This document shows, one piece after another, positions 1 to 47,482 of a DNA stretch of 64,000 bases. Within the stretch, counting starts at the first letter, position 1. The number at the start of each line of letters is the position of its first letter. The notes under the pieces were generated by a model that was given only the letters and a program-made list of their open reading frames with translations, did not search any database and was not told the DNA's origin. A program made the position numbers and the translations under genes. Origin of the DNA: Macrostomum lignano (lineage: Eukaryota); contig NIVC01003102.1 of assembly GCA_002269645.1 (NCBI GenBank), positions 55,368 to 119,367 on the forward strand. Direction: 5' to 3'.

Positions 1-360
1 GTGGCTTTTAATTTTTTTCTTGGTGGCTCTTTAATGTTTGACATGGAGTCACGTATGTGTTTGACATGGAGTCACGTATATGCTTTACATGGTGGCTCTT
101 TATGTTCGACAAAGAGTCATAAGTATATGTTTTACATCGTGGCTCTTTTTTGTTTGACATGGAGTCACGTATATGTTTGACATGGAGTCACATATATGCT
201 TTACATGGTGGCTCTTTAATGTTTGACATGTTGGCTCTTTAATGTTCAACATGGTGGCTCTTTTATGCTTGACATGGTGGCTCTTTAATTTTCGACATGG
301 TGGCTCTTTAATGTTCAACATGGTGGCTCTTCTATGTTTGACATTGTGGTTCTTTTATGT
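1..360. repeat. Degenerate ~22-bp minisatellite (tttaatgtttgacatggtggctc)
   Basis: Recurrent gacatggtggctcttt units. Confidence 0.8.
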
Positions 361-403
361 TTAGCAGTTTTGTGTTTTTAATGTTTTAATAAAAAAATAT
401 TTT

Positions 404-470
404 TGCACTACTAAGATTCGAACCCAGGTCACTACATTAGCATCCCAGTCTGTTCGCATCTGGGCTATCT
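404..470 (-). mobile_element. tRNA-derived SINE head or tRNA pseudogene
   Basis: ATAGCCCAGATG...GGGTTCGAATC; shares the ATAGCCCAG start with the 56471-56535 copy. Confidence 0.45.
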
Positions 471-759
471 CTTTTCATTTGGAGAACATGAATTGTGGCC
501 CTTATAATTCAATTCTTACAGCAAGTCAATTGGAGTAGAAAGTTATGACATAATCAATTTCTCAGTCAGCCAGTATCAGTCTCAATTTAAGTTAGCAATA
601 TAGTTACGCAATTTTAATCAAGTCGGGTGTGCATTTCATCGACACTGTTTTCAAATTGTTGTGATGCAATCTTTATCACAATCGGAATTGAGCCAGTCAG
701 TTTTTTCTCTAGCATTCTTACAATGCATTCCAGGTCGAAAGAGCTGCTTGACCTTTGCA

Positions 760-975
760 AAAAAGCATGTTTTTCGAATATTTAATCCCTTTAAAATTGA
801 GCAATTTCTTAGCCAGGATGCATGTACCGTCCCAGGAAAATTTCTGATCGAATGGTGCAAGTTTGAAGAAAATCGGTTGAGCCATTTTTTCTGAAATCTA
901 TCGCATAGCTAGTTAGTTACAGACATTTCATTTTTAGTATATAGGATACAGACATTTCATTTTTAGTATATATGA
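760..975 (+). mobile_element. Possible Helitron/DINE-like non-autonomous end
   Basis: caagtttgaagaaaatcggttgagcc...tacagacatttcatttttagtatatag(at), with the last ~30 bp duplicated; recognised by resemblance only. Confidence 0.25.
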
Positions 976-1039
976 TTGTTGGTTTGAATAAAACTAGATA
1001 AGGACAAAAGTCTCAATTATTAGAATTCCAAAACTCATC

Positions 1040-2368
1040 AAAATCCCAATCAACCATCGAAATCCCAATCATCAAGATCCCAATCATCGAAATCCCAACC
1101 ATCAAAATCCCAATCATCGAAATCCCAATCAATCATCGAAATCCCTATCATCGAAATCCCAATCAATCATCGAAATCCCAATCAATCATCGAAATCCCAA
1201 TCAATCATCGAAATCCCAATCAATCATCGAAATCCCAATCAATCATCGAAATCCCAATCAATCATCGAAATCCCAATCAATCATCGAAATCCCAATCAAT
1301 CATCGAAATCCCAATCAATCATCGAAATCCCAATCAATCATCGAAATCCCAATCAATCATCGAAATCCCAATCAATCATCGAAATCCCAATCAATCATCG
1401 AAATCCCAATCAATCATCGAAATCCCAATCAATCATCGAAATCCCAATCAATCATCGAAATCCCAATCAATCATCGAAATCCCAATCAATCATCGAAATC
1501 CCAATCAATCATCGAAATCCCAATCAATCATCGAAATCCCAATCAATCATCGAAATCCCAATCAATCATCGAAATCCCAATCAATCATCGAAATCGCAAT
1601 TATTGAAATCCCAATCAACCATGGAAATCCCAATAATAGAAATCCCAATAATGGAATCCTAATTATCGAAATCCCAATAATCGAAATCCCAATAATCGAA
1701 ATCCTAATAATCGAAATCCTAATAATCGAAATCCTAATCAATCATCGAAATCCCAATCATCGAAATCCCAATCAATCATCGAAATCCCAATCAATCATCG
1801 AAATCCCAATCAATCATCGAAATCCCAATCAATCATCGAAATCCCAATCAATCATCGAAATCCCAATCAATCATTGAAATCCCAATCAATCATCGAAATC
1901 CCAATTATTGAAATCCCAATCAATCATCGAAATCCCAATAATAGAAATCCCAATAATCGAATCCTAATTATCGAAATCCCAACCATCGAAATCCTAATAA
2001 TCGAAATCCCAATAATCAAAATCCCAATCATCGAAATCCCAATCATCGAAATCACAACCATCGAAATCGCAACCATCGAAATCCTAATAATCGAAATCCC
2101 AATCATCGAAATCCCAATCATCGAAATCACAACCATCGAAATCGCAACCATCGAAATCCTAATAATCGAAATCCCAATAATCGAAATCCCAATCATCGTA
2201 ATTCCCAATCATCGAAATCCCAATTATTGAAATCCCAATCAACCATCGAAATCCCAATCATCGAAATCCCAATCATCGAAATCCCAAATCATCGAAATCC
2301 CAATCATCGAAATCCCAAATCATCGAAATCCCAATCATGGAAATCCCAATCATCGAAATCCCAATCAT
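1040..2368. repeat. 15/19-bp minisatellite (atcatcgaaatcccaatca)
   Basis: Pure 19-bp run at ~1150-1590 with 15-bp variants on the flanks; mucin intron 15. Confidence 0.95.
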
Positions 2369-2411
2369 ACACCCCCAAAATGAGAGCTCCCAGAGCATGC
2401 GGATCACTCAC

Positions 2412-37687
<35,276 letters not shown>

Positions 37688-37809
37688 CAGGACTGATCGC
37701 GATGATGAAATGCAGTGTTGCAGTGCGGTCTAGTTTGTCAATTGTCAGGCGAGAGAGAGACAGCTTGCTTAGATGCTGGACAGTTCCCCCGCTCTCCGCG
37801 CAGTCGGGC

Positions 37810-37817
37810 TCTTATAC
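37810..37817 (-). promoter_or_regulatory. TATA-like box upstream of the mucin
   Basis: GTATAAGA ~125 nt upstream of the ATG; (CA)n at ~37931-37955. Confidence 0.3.
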
Positions 37818-38294
37818 AGCCTAGACCGGCCTATTGGTGGTTGCCATTGGCAACGTACAAATCCGCGCGCGCTACGGACGCGGACTGGTCCTGGTTGCTG
37901 TCCTATTGAATTATTAAGCGTACTTAATTAAACACACACACACACACACACACACCGCCAATGCGTGTCTGCGCTGGCGGTGAGCACTTTCTCCGTCTCC
38001 AAATGTCCTTGTCGCCAGGACAATGAGAGCTAATCTAATCCAAGTGGTGAGTAGCGAATAATTCATACTATATTGTTTTAATTATTTAAGCCTGCCTATA
38101 GATACGATTCCAACATTTCATCAACTTGTCGCCAAGGTATTTTTGCTGCCAAGTTATAAATCATTTATTAATTGAGGTCAAGCAAGTTTCAATACTATAG
38201 TAGTGCAAATGATAGCTATAGTATATTAATAACACAATTGTAATGCACTGATTCTTTGACAATCTCAAAGCAAGTTTTTATTATTTAGTTCTCC

Positions 38295-39060
38295 TGCGAC
38301 AGTGTTATGTGACCAACTGGTTGCGACACTGACATTGTGTTCTGTGAACAACTGGTTGCGACAGTGTTTTGTGTTTTGTGGCCAATTAGTTTTGACAGTG
38401 ACACTGTGTTCTGTGACCAACTGGTTGCGACAGTGACATTGTGTTCTGTGACCAACTGGTTGCGACAGTGTTTTGTGTTTTGTGACCAATTAGTTGTGAC
38501 AGTGACACTGTGTTCTGTGACCAACTGGTTGCGACAGTGACATTGTGTTCTGTGACCAACTGGTTACGACAGTGTTTTGTGTTTTGTGACCAATTAGTTG
38601 TGACAGTGACACTGTGTTCTGTGACCAACTGGTTGCGACAGTGTTTTGTGACCAATTAGTTGTGACAGTGACACTGTGTTCTGTGACCAACTGGTTGCGA
38701 CAGTGACATTGTGTTCTGTGACCAACTGGTTGCGACAGTGTTTTGTGTTTTGTGACCAATTAGTTGTGACAGTGACACTGTGTTCTGTGACCAACTGGTT
38801 GCGACAGTGACATTGTGTTCTGTGACCAACTGGTTACGACAGTGTTTTGTGTTTTGTGACCAATTAGTTGTGACAGTGACACTGTGTTCTGTGACCAACT
38901 GGTTGCGACAGTGTTTTGTGACCAATTAGTTGTGACAGTGACACTGTGTTCTGTGACCAACTAGTTGCGACAGTGACATTGTGTTTTGTGACCAACTGGT
39001 TGTGACAAGGACGTTCTGTTTTGTCACTTTTGTGCACAACTGGTTGTGTTAGTGACATTG
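38295..39060. repeat. Complex minisatellite (~35-bp subunits) with a 270-bp higher-order period
   Basis: Marker spacing 104, 62, 104, 104, 62; identical 89-aa ORFs 270 bp apart. Confidence 0.9.
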
Positions 39061-39584
39061 TTCTGTTTTCAATTGTCACAGAGATATTCCTTCAGAGACC
39101 CGAGTCCCAAAAAATTCTTTCGCTAGCGTTCTCAGTGACTTTCCTAGTGCTCTTATCGACTATCTCTTACTAAAGAAATGCTCTTACTAAAACTTCAAAA
39201 TCAATATTAAAGTACAAACAGATGTACGGTTTAGCATGGCATAAAAAGGAAAGATTAAAACGTCAAAAAAAGTTTTAAAATTTTTTCGGGCTTATCTTTT
39301 CTAAAAAACAGCGCACAATTACCTGCAAAATTGTTTTTTAAGTGAATAAAATTGTGCGCATTCAGATTTCTAGGATATATTTTTTCTCAGTAGCGAGTTA
39401 CACGGCTTAGCAAAGAATATAGAAAACTTCAGAATAAATAATCAGCCAATGCTACTGCTAGTGGCATGTTGTACTGTACTTTTTGAAGAGTTTTATAGCA
39501 CAAAAATTGATGAATAAATTGGTTTTACATGTACAGTCTAAAAATTATATTTACGAATAAGCATGAAATTGGTCGGGTAAATGT

Positions 39585-40125
39585 CGGTCCCTTTGATCTG
39601 TGTAAGTGGGTGAATATTGGTCCCATTAATCTGCTTAGGTGGGGGGAGTGTCGGTCGCTTTGATCTGCTTAGATGTGGGAGTGTCAGTCCCTTCGATCGG
39701 TGTAGGTGGGCAATTGTCGGTCCCTTTGATCGGTGTAGGTGGGTAATTGTCGGTCCCTTCGATCGGTGTAGGTGGGTAATTGTCGGTCCCTTTGATCGGT
39801 GTAGGTGGGTAATTGTCGGTCCCTTCGATCGGTGTAGGTGGGTAATTGTCGGTCCCTTTGATCGGTGTAGGTGGGTAATTGTCGGTCCCTTTGATCGGTG
39901 TAGGTGGGTAATTGTCGGTCCCTTCGATCGGTGTAGGTGGGTAATTGTCGGTCCCTTCGATCGGTGTAGGTGGGTAATTGTCGGTCCCTCTGATCTGCTT
40001 AGGTGGGGGAATGTCAGTCCCTCTGATTACTCGTGTGGGGGAATGTTGGTCCCTTTTGATCTGCTTAGGTGGGGGATGTCGGTCCCTCTGATCTGCTTAG
40101 GTGGGAGAGTGTCCGCCCTTTTGAT
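39585..40125. repeat. 33-bp minisatellite (gatcggtgtaggtgggtaattgtcggtcccttc)
   Basis: About 9 near-perfect copies with degenerate flanks; intergenic. Confidence 0.93.
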
Positions 40126-41429
40126 CTATAGTTTGAAAATATTTTTGTCTAATTGACTTTAAAACCGATTTTGTCATTGAAAAAGTCCGTGACAAGTGAG
40201 AGGCCATAGGAAGAGAAGCAACTCAAGTCAGAAAAGTACAAAACCCAATTAAACACGCTAAATAAGTAGTGCTTTTTGCAAGTAAAATATTAGCAAAATA
40301 AAGCAAGCACACAGGCACACACAAATTGTATACACATTCGAGCTATAGCATGTATAGAAACGCATTTCAAGTACTTTATGTACTTTAGCGATTAGTTAAT
40401 TCTTTGGTTTAATATAATAGAAACTGTATTGGGTGAGGACACACTGAACTAATACACACTACACAAGCTAGGTGGGCTATAGAAAAGCCGGATTAGCCAC
40501 TCATACTACTACTCGCTGTTCCAAGTAGTAGTAAATCGAGTAAATAATATATTGGATGAATATTGATGTCTGACTAGAATAAAGCATTTTAGAAGACAGA
40601 AGAAACAAGGTTAGCGGTGATCATCTATCATTTAAATAGACGCGATTTGAAACAGAAATAATGAAAGCGATACTGCTTCAAGGCTGAATTGGCGTGTCAA
40701 CTACATGAAAAAAAACGAATTGAGCCGATACAGAAACACTGTACAGAAGAAATGAACAAAATTTATGAGCAAAACTCAACTTAAGTACACAAAAGTCGCA
40801 ATGAACAGGCTATAAATTTTAGGCAGATTTTCATATACCGCTGCTAATAAATTTAGCCATGAATTGCGCAGCAGGGGGGGGGGGCTAAGGAGTTAGCGTC
40901 AATACTTATAAGCTAATTAAATCTATTGGAACAGAAATTAAAAGCTTGACTTTACATTATGAACCAACTAATTAAGGGTATTTTCTAAAGCTAACAAATT
41001 ATTTCAAGGTTATTACATGTTAAGTGCACACAGCACAAGCACGCGTGAAAATGGAAGTTAACAGCAGAAATAAATAAATAAACACGCACCCATACACTGC
41101 TGTAATATTACCAACTTCTATTGGCAGTTACATTATAATTTACATTACATATTATTTTTATAATTGAGTACGATAAATCAGAAATCAATTTTTAAGGCCC
41201 TGTGAGACGCTTGACTAATTATTAGCTCGTAATTATGGGAATGAGAGCTATCTTAACGCATAAAAACAGTTACAGTTTTGGTCAGCTTAACTCCACACAC
41301 CTAGTTTATGCTGTCAAAAGGTGGAGAAGTCAAGCCAATGTCCTCATCGGTGGGGCGTGGGGTTTAGCCAGGAGCTTCTATTGAAAGGGTGCTATTTCAT
41401 CTTAGGGGTGTCTTTATATCATTGTCGAC

Positions 41430-41594
41430 AGCACCAGAGGCGCCAGCACCAGAGGCGCCAGCACCAGAGGCGCCAGCACCAGAGGCGCCAGCACCAGAGG
41501 CGCCAGCACCAGAGGCGCCAGCACCAGAGGCGCCAGCACCAGAGGCGCCAGCACCAGAGGCGCCAGCACCAGAGGCGCCAGCACCAGAGGCGCC
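41430..41594. repeat. 15-bp repeat (agcaccagaggcgcc) x11 just downstream of the Csk stop
   Basis: Perfect copies starting ~40 nt past the TAA. Confidence 0.95.
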
Positions 41595-41633
41595 ATTAAT
41601 GACATTGGCTCAACTTCTGTACCAGTTGGCAGT

Positions 41634-44600
41634 TCAATTAGCCTCAATAGTCTTCAACTGCTGCACTATTTCGTCAAAGTTTGGCCGCTGTTCCGGAGTC
41701 AGCTCCCAGCAGCGGCGCATCAGTTTGTAAACGTCCGACGGACAGCGTTCGGGCATCTCCATCCGGTAGCCGTTTAGCACGTGTTTTAAAACCTGATCGG
41801 TCTTAATCCGGGGATAGGGCATCCGGCCAAACGTGTAGATCTCCCACAGCAGCACGGCGAACGACCAGACGTCAGATTTGGTGGAGAACTTGGCGTGATC
41901 TTTCACGCACTCCGGGGCGGTCCACTTCAAAGGTATTCGCTCCTGGGCACCGGGAGCTGCTCCGCCGCTGCCACCGTTCGAATGCTGTTTGCTATCGCGA
42001 AACGATTTCGCTAGCCCGAAATCCGCCACCTTGGAGGAATCAAAGCGGTTTAGGAATCCTCAAAATTATAGTTATTAGATAGATATGGATATGGCAAAGG
42101 CTGCCTACCTTGGCTCGACAGTCATCATCTAATAGAATATTCCGAGCAGCCAAATCTCTGTGCACCAGCTGCTTGCCGGCCAGGTAAGCCATGCCAGCTG
42201 CGATGTCTCTGGAATCGCGAGCGATGTTGCATTAGGATCTGATGTACATGTTGCATTAGGGTCTGATGTACATGTTGCATTAGGGTCTGGTGTACATGTT
42301 GCATTAGGGTCTGATGTACATGTTGCATTAGGATCTGATGTACATGTTGCATTAGGGTCTGATGTACATGTTGCATTAGGATCTGATGTACATGTTGCAT
42401 TAGGGTCTGGTGTACATGTTGCATTAGGGTCTGATGTACATGTTGCATTAGGATCTGATGTACATGTTGCATTAGGGTCTGATGTACATGTTGCATTAGG
42501 ATCTGGTGTACATGTTGCATTAGGGTCTGATGTACATGTTGCATTAGGGTCTGGTGTACATGTTGCATTAGGGTCTGATGTACATGTTGCATTAGGGTCT
42601 GGTGTACATGTTGCATTAGGGTCTGATGTACATGTTGCATTAGGATCTGATGTACATGTTGCATTAGGGTCTGATGTACATGTTGCATTAGGATCTGATG
42701 TACATGTTGCATTAGGGTCTGATGTACATGTTGCATTAGGGTCTGATGTACATGTTGCATTAGGTCTGATGTACATGTTGCATTAGAGTCTGATGTACAT
42801 GTTGCATCTGGATCTGATGCAGACTTATAAAAAGAGCCTAGTGTACACGTACACTGAATCAAGAGGGCCTGATGTACACTGAATCAAGAGGGCCTGATGT
42901 ACACTGAATCAAGAGGGCCTGATGTACACTGAATCAAGAGGGCCTAATGTACACTGAATCAAGAGGGCCTGATGTACACTGAATCAAGAGGGCCTGATGT
43001 ACACTGAATCAAGAGGGCCTGATGTACACTGAATCAAGAGGGCCTGATGTACACTGAATCAAGAGGGCCTGATGTACACTGAATCAAGAGGGCCTGATGT
43101 ACACTGAATCAAGAGGGCCTGATGTACACTGAATCAAGAGGGCCTGATGTATCTAGATACACTGCAAGGCAAGATATCAAATGTCAACCGAGACTGCAAC
43201 TTACAGGGCAAATTGTATCTGATTCTCTGGCATAATGACAGTCTGTCCTCGCGATCTCAGATAGTTGAGCAGCGAGCCCTTGCTCAGCAGTTCAGTCACC
43301 AGCATTGGCTGTCCATCCTGCCAGAGCAGCTCGATAAATCTAACTAAATTAGTGTGATTCAGTTTTCGCATCAGTTCGGCTTCTTCGCTTAGAGCGGCAA
43401 TTTCTGCTTCAGTTGGCGGTTTCGAATTGTTATTAGCGGCATTGCTGCCGGCCAGTTCAGGCGCGGCCGTGGAAGCGGCAGCCGCGGCGGCACCACCGGA
43501 GATCATGCATTTGACGGCCACCTGTTCGTTTCTATACGTGCCCCGGCGCACCTCGGAGAATTCGCCACGGCCAATCACCTCGTGAATTTGTAGATCGCCG
43601 TTAGACGCCTGAAAATGCCGCTGCTGATGGGGATGCTGAGGCTGGTGATGAAGATTCACCTGTGACACGTCGACACCTTTAACTAATTCGCAGCAGAGAC
43701 CGTCGGCGTCGTTGCGATAGTGCTGCACCAGCAGGTCCAGAGGGTAGAATCTGCTCTCCTCGTCTATTGTGTAATAAAATCTGGCCGAATTGAACGTCAC
43801 CTTCTTGACGTGGTAGTGGCTCACCTGGAACAGACGCGGACAGGTTAGATATAGACATGCTATGGATGCAGTGATGGACAGACAGACATGCTATAGCTGG
43901 AGATAATGGACAAGCAGACATGCTAGGGATGCAGGTGATGGACAGGCAGACATGCTAGGGATGCAGGTGATGGACAGGCAGACATGCTAGGGATGCAGGT
44001 GATGGACAGGCAGACATGCTAGGGATGCAGGTGATGGACAGACAGACATGCTAGGGATGCAGATGATGGACAGACAGATATGATATGGATGCAGGTGATG
44101 GACAGACAGACATGCTAGGGATGCAGATAATGGACAGACAGACATGCTAGGGATGCAGATGATGGACAGACAGATATGATATGGATGCAGATGATAGACA
44201 GACAGACAGATATGATATGGATGCAGATGATAGACAGACAGACATGCTAGGGATGCAGATGATGGACAGAGACATGCTAGGGATGCAGAGGATGGACAGA
44301 CAGACATGCTAGGGATGCAGATGATGGACAGACAGATATGATATGGATGCAGATTATAGACAGACAGACATGCTAGGGATGCAGATGATGGACAGACAGA
44401 TATGATATGGATGCAGATGATAGACAGACAGACATGCTAGGGATGCAGATGATGGACAGACAGACATGCTAGGGATGCAGATAATGGAAAGACAGATATC
44501 CTATGGATGCAGATGATGGACAGACAGACATGCTAGGGATGCAGATAATGGACAGACAGATATGATATGGATGCAGATGATAGACAGACAGACATGCTAG

Positions 44601-45961
44601 GGATGCAGATGATGGACAGACAGACATGCTAGGGATGCAGATAATGGAAAGACAGATATCCTATGGATGCAGATGATGGACAGACAGACATGCTAGGGAT
44701 GCAGATAATGGACAGACAGACATGCTAGGGAAGCAGATGATAGACAGACAGACATGCTAGGGATGCAGATAATGGACAGACAGACATGCTAGGGATGCAG
44801 ATAATGGACAGACAGACATGCTAGGGATATAGATAGAGAAAAGATCTCCTCCATCAGAGAGAATGATAAAGAAAATTTGCCAGAGCCGGAACAATTACAA
44901 CTACAGTCAGCAACAAAAGAATTGTTTTGAAGTTCGCACCTGGTTGCTGAAGACAACAGACAGGGTGAGGTCGCCGGGATGGTTTGAGCTCAGGCGAACC
45001 AGAAATAGGCCGTTGATATTTCTGGGCACCAGTCGTTTGTCGGTCTCTGCCCGACTAATGGAGCCGTGAAACCAAGGATACGCGGATAGATCCTCAGAGT
45101 CGCCTAAGGCTATATAGTTCTCAGGCACCAGGCCTTTCTGGTGACGCGAGTTCTCAGCCACAATCCAATTGGGATCCTGCGAAATCGGATTAGTAATTAG
45201 AACGATTGAGCAGTGCGAATTCCCCATACAGTATAATACCCTTGGGGATTTATTCATCCCCATGAGAATTCCCCCATTCAGTATAATAGCCTTGGGGATT
45301 TATTCATCCCCATGAGAATTCCCCCATTCAGTACAATACCCTTGGGGATTTATTTATCCCAACGAGAATTCCCCCATTCAGTACAATACCCTTGGGAATT
45401 TATTCATCCCCATGAGAATTCCCCAATACAGTATAATACCCTTGCGGATTTATTCATCCCCATGAGAATTCCCCAATACAGTATAATACCCTTGGGGATT
45501 TTTTTATCCCCATGAGAATTCCCCAATACAGTATAATACCTTAGGGATTTATTCATCCCCATGAGAATTTCCCAAAATACAGTATAATACCTTAGGGATT
45601 TATTTATCTCCATGCAAATTCCCCTGACATAATTAAGTTTAAATTTATGAGACTGATCAAAATTCCCATATAGTTAAATTTTTTAAACAGATTCATTCCC
45701 ACAAAATTTAGCCCTATATGCCAAAATATAATTCAGATTCTAAAGTATCCCTATTTGAAGAAAGATGAAAAACAAACTAAATTGAAACAAAGAATTGGAA
45801 AAATTATTTACATCCAAGCATTCCACAACAGTGAGATCTTCGCCTTCCTTGATTGGCAAATCCTCAGCGCACTTGCCAGCATAATCGAACAGTACAAAAA
45901 CAGTCTGGCCAACAGATATTTGTCGCGGAGCTGTTTGGCTGGCTGTCATTGCCGGATGCAT
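41634..45961 (-). CDS. CSK: C-terminal Src kinase (SH3-SH2-tyrosine kinase), 500 aa
   Basis: Exons 45961-45812, 45176-44940, 43824-43205, 42208-42109, 42029-41634 total 1503 nt. Motifs: [52 protein letters not shown]. No myristoylation Gly, activation-loop Tyr or C-terminal inhibitory Tyr, which fits Csk rather than Src. Confidence 0.9.
42222..43150. repeat. Adjacent 24-bp (tgatgtacatgttgcattagggtc) and 25-bp (tgatgtacactgaatcaagagggcc) minisatellites
   Basis: Fill Csk intron 3; share a TGATGTACA core. Confidence 0.95.
43850..44835. repeat. ~32-bp minisatellite (gacagacagacatgctagggatgcagatgatg)
   Basis: Csk intron 2. Confidence 0.93.
45220..45628. repeat. 50-bp minisatellite with internal palindrome, ~8 copies
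   Basis: Csk intron 1; each unit has GGGGAT-N6-ATCCCC. Confidence 0.93.
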
Positions 45962-46339
45962 TGTCTCAATTGACAAAGGCGAACTGATTGTTTTTAGTTG
46001 AGTAATTTAAATTTACTAAAAGTATGAAAATAAGAGAGCAGCATTAATAATAGATTATCTAGAATAGGAAAAATATAATTTTAGGGCAAATTTGTTTAAT
46101 AAATAACAAACTTTTTACTTATGTGCAAATGAATATAATAATATATATAATAAATATATTAGATTCTTCTGATCTAATTTGATGCTCATATACACATTTT
46201 GTGTTGTTCATTTGGAGCCTGACTCCATAGAGGTCATGAAAGAAATGCAGGAGTTACAATACAAGCACAAACTGCAAGGACAGATTTCTTTATTAAACTG
46301 TATGAGATTTTTGGCAATAGCAGAGTACTGTCAATGTGT

Positions 46340-46470
46340 CAAATAAGGCTTGCTTAAACACCAGCAGAATGCAAGACAAAGACTTCTATTTCTACTTTCT
46401 ATTGAAAGAGAACAAACTTTCTATTAAGTTTGTTCTATAGAGGACAGTCTCGAGCCTTAGCCTTGATTTA
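46340..46470 (+). mobile_element. Possible hAT C-terminal dimerisation-domain remnant
   Basis: One frame reads RQRLLFLLSIEREQ, similar to the RL..L.LLSIE motif; short and degenerate. Confidence 0.3.
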
Positions 46471-46549
46471 CAGTGTTTTGAAGCCTCAAAGCAATATTAT
46501 CATTCTTGAAAAAAAGAATGTGATGATTTTTTTATTGGAAGGATATGTT

Positions 46550-47395
46550 TGCTAGAGCACATGGCACATGTGACTTCAAACGGCCAACAAAATCACCAAT
46601 TTTGGATGACTGAAAGACGATACAGATTTTTTCTGTTAAGCATGTTGTTGAAAAGTTTGCTGATTTTGTTTTTAAAGATAAGATATGGATAACCAAAGAA
46701 AGGAAGAATGATGATCGGTTCACTGGGGTTGATGTTTTCAGCTTTAGTGGTTTGTTGAGGGTTGACTTTATTGGTAGTGAATTTATTGATGTTGTAGTAG
46801 ATGAAAGCAAGTGGGTAGCCTGCATGCAGGTGTTGTCTACCGTTTCAACTGCTCTGGTGGCCAGAGCGTCTCCTATGTGGGGAAAACATAGGCACTTGCA
46901 TACCAGAACCAGAGAGCACTGGCTCAAACCATTGGCCATTCAAACCCACCTCTTAGAATGCAATAGCTGCTCTAACAGCATTCCTAATGAATGCTTTATA
47001 GTTTATAATAATTATCGACCAATGTATATCTGACTATAAACTTAAGATTCTTGAGGTCATGCACATAAAAGCTTTGTCCCCCAACCTCAACACTCAACTC
47101 CAACATAGTGGCATAGACCATGTTCTCTATGTTTTAAGTTTTGAGAGAGAACACCAACTATGGACTTGCACTGCTCTGCCAAAATTTCTGTCCCCAACCT
47201 GCCTATTGATCTTCAGACAAATTTACTGTATAGAATAATTGATTACTCATCAAAAAATCTTTTTTTGCCTCACACAAATTTTTATTATTGTTAGCCTCCA
47301 TTTTTTTGTTTGTTCTAATAAAATAAACCTGAAGATGCACCACGGAGTGCAAAACGTGTCAACTTACAAATGTTGATAGTTGGTTTTTTATTCTT
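46550..47395 (+). mobile_element. Penelope-like retroelement remnant (GIY-YIG), 5' part inverted
   Basis: Plus strand 46826-47135 reads AGVVYRFNC..SYVGKT/RHLHTRTREH..AIQTHLLEC..CF/SDYKLKILEVMHIKALSPNLNTQL. Minus strand 46800-46550 reads IKSTLNK..FLSL..IVFQSSKIGDF..LKSHVPCAL, the linker that normally precedes GIY-YIG. Confidence 0.75.
47318..47392 (+). ncRNA. Degenerate type I hammerhead ribozyme at the Penelope-like element 3' end
   Basis: CTGAAGA core; stem II GCAC-cacgga-GTGC; GAAA read as AAAA; stem III gtgtcaac/gttgata; A/T-rich stem I (ataaac/gttttttat). Confidence 0.55.
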
Positions 47396-47482
47396 ATTAT
47401 TACACAAGCTATTAAAAACTGATAGACATGTGTTGTGTTGCTGCTGTGGTCCCAGTTGGCACTTTGAACTAAAACCTTAGTT

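Noticed and set aside
41389-41730. APEAP and LVLAP repeat ORFs
   Set aside because: They arise from the 15-bp array past the Csk stop; no start context or domain.
42125-42862. MQHVHQTL / SDPNATCT / SDVHVALG repeat ORFs
   Set aside because: Translations of the Csk intron-3 satellite; the real kinase exon is 42208-42109.
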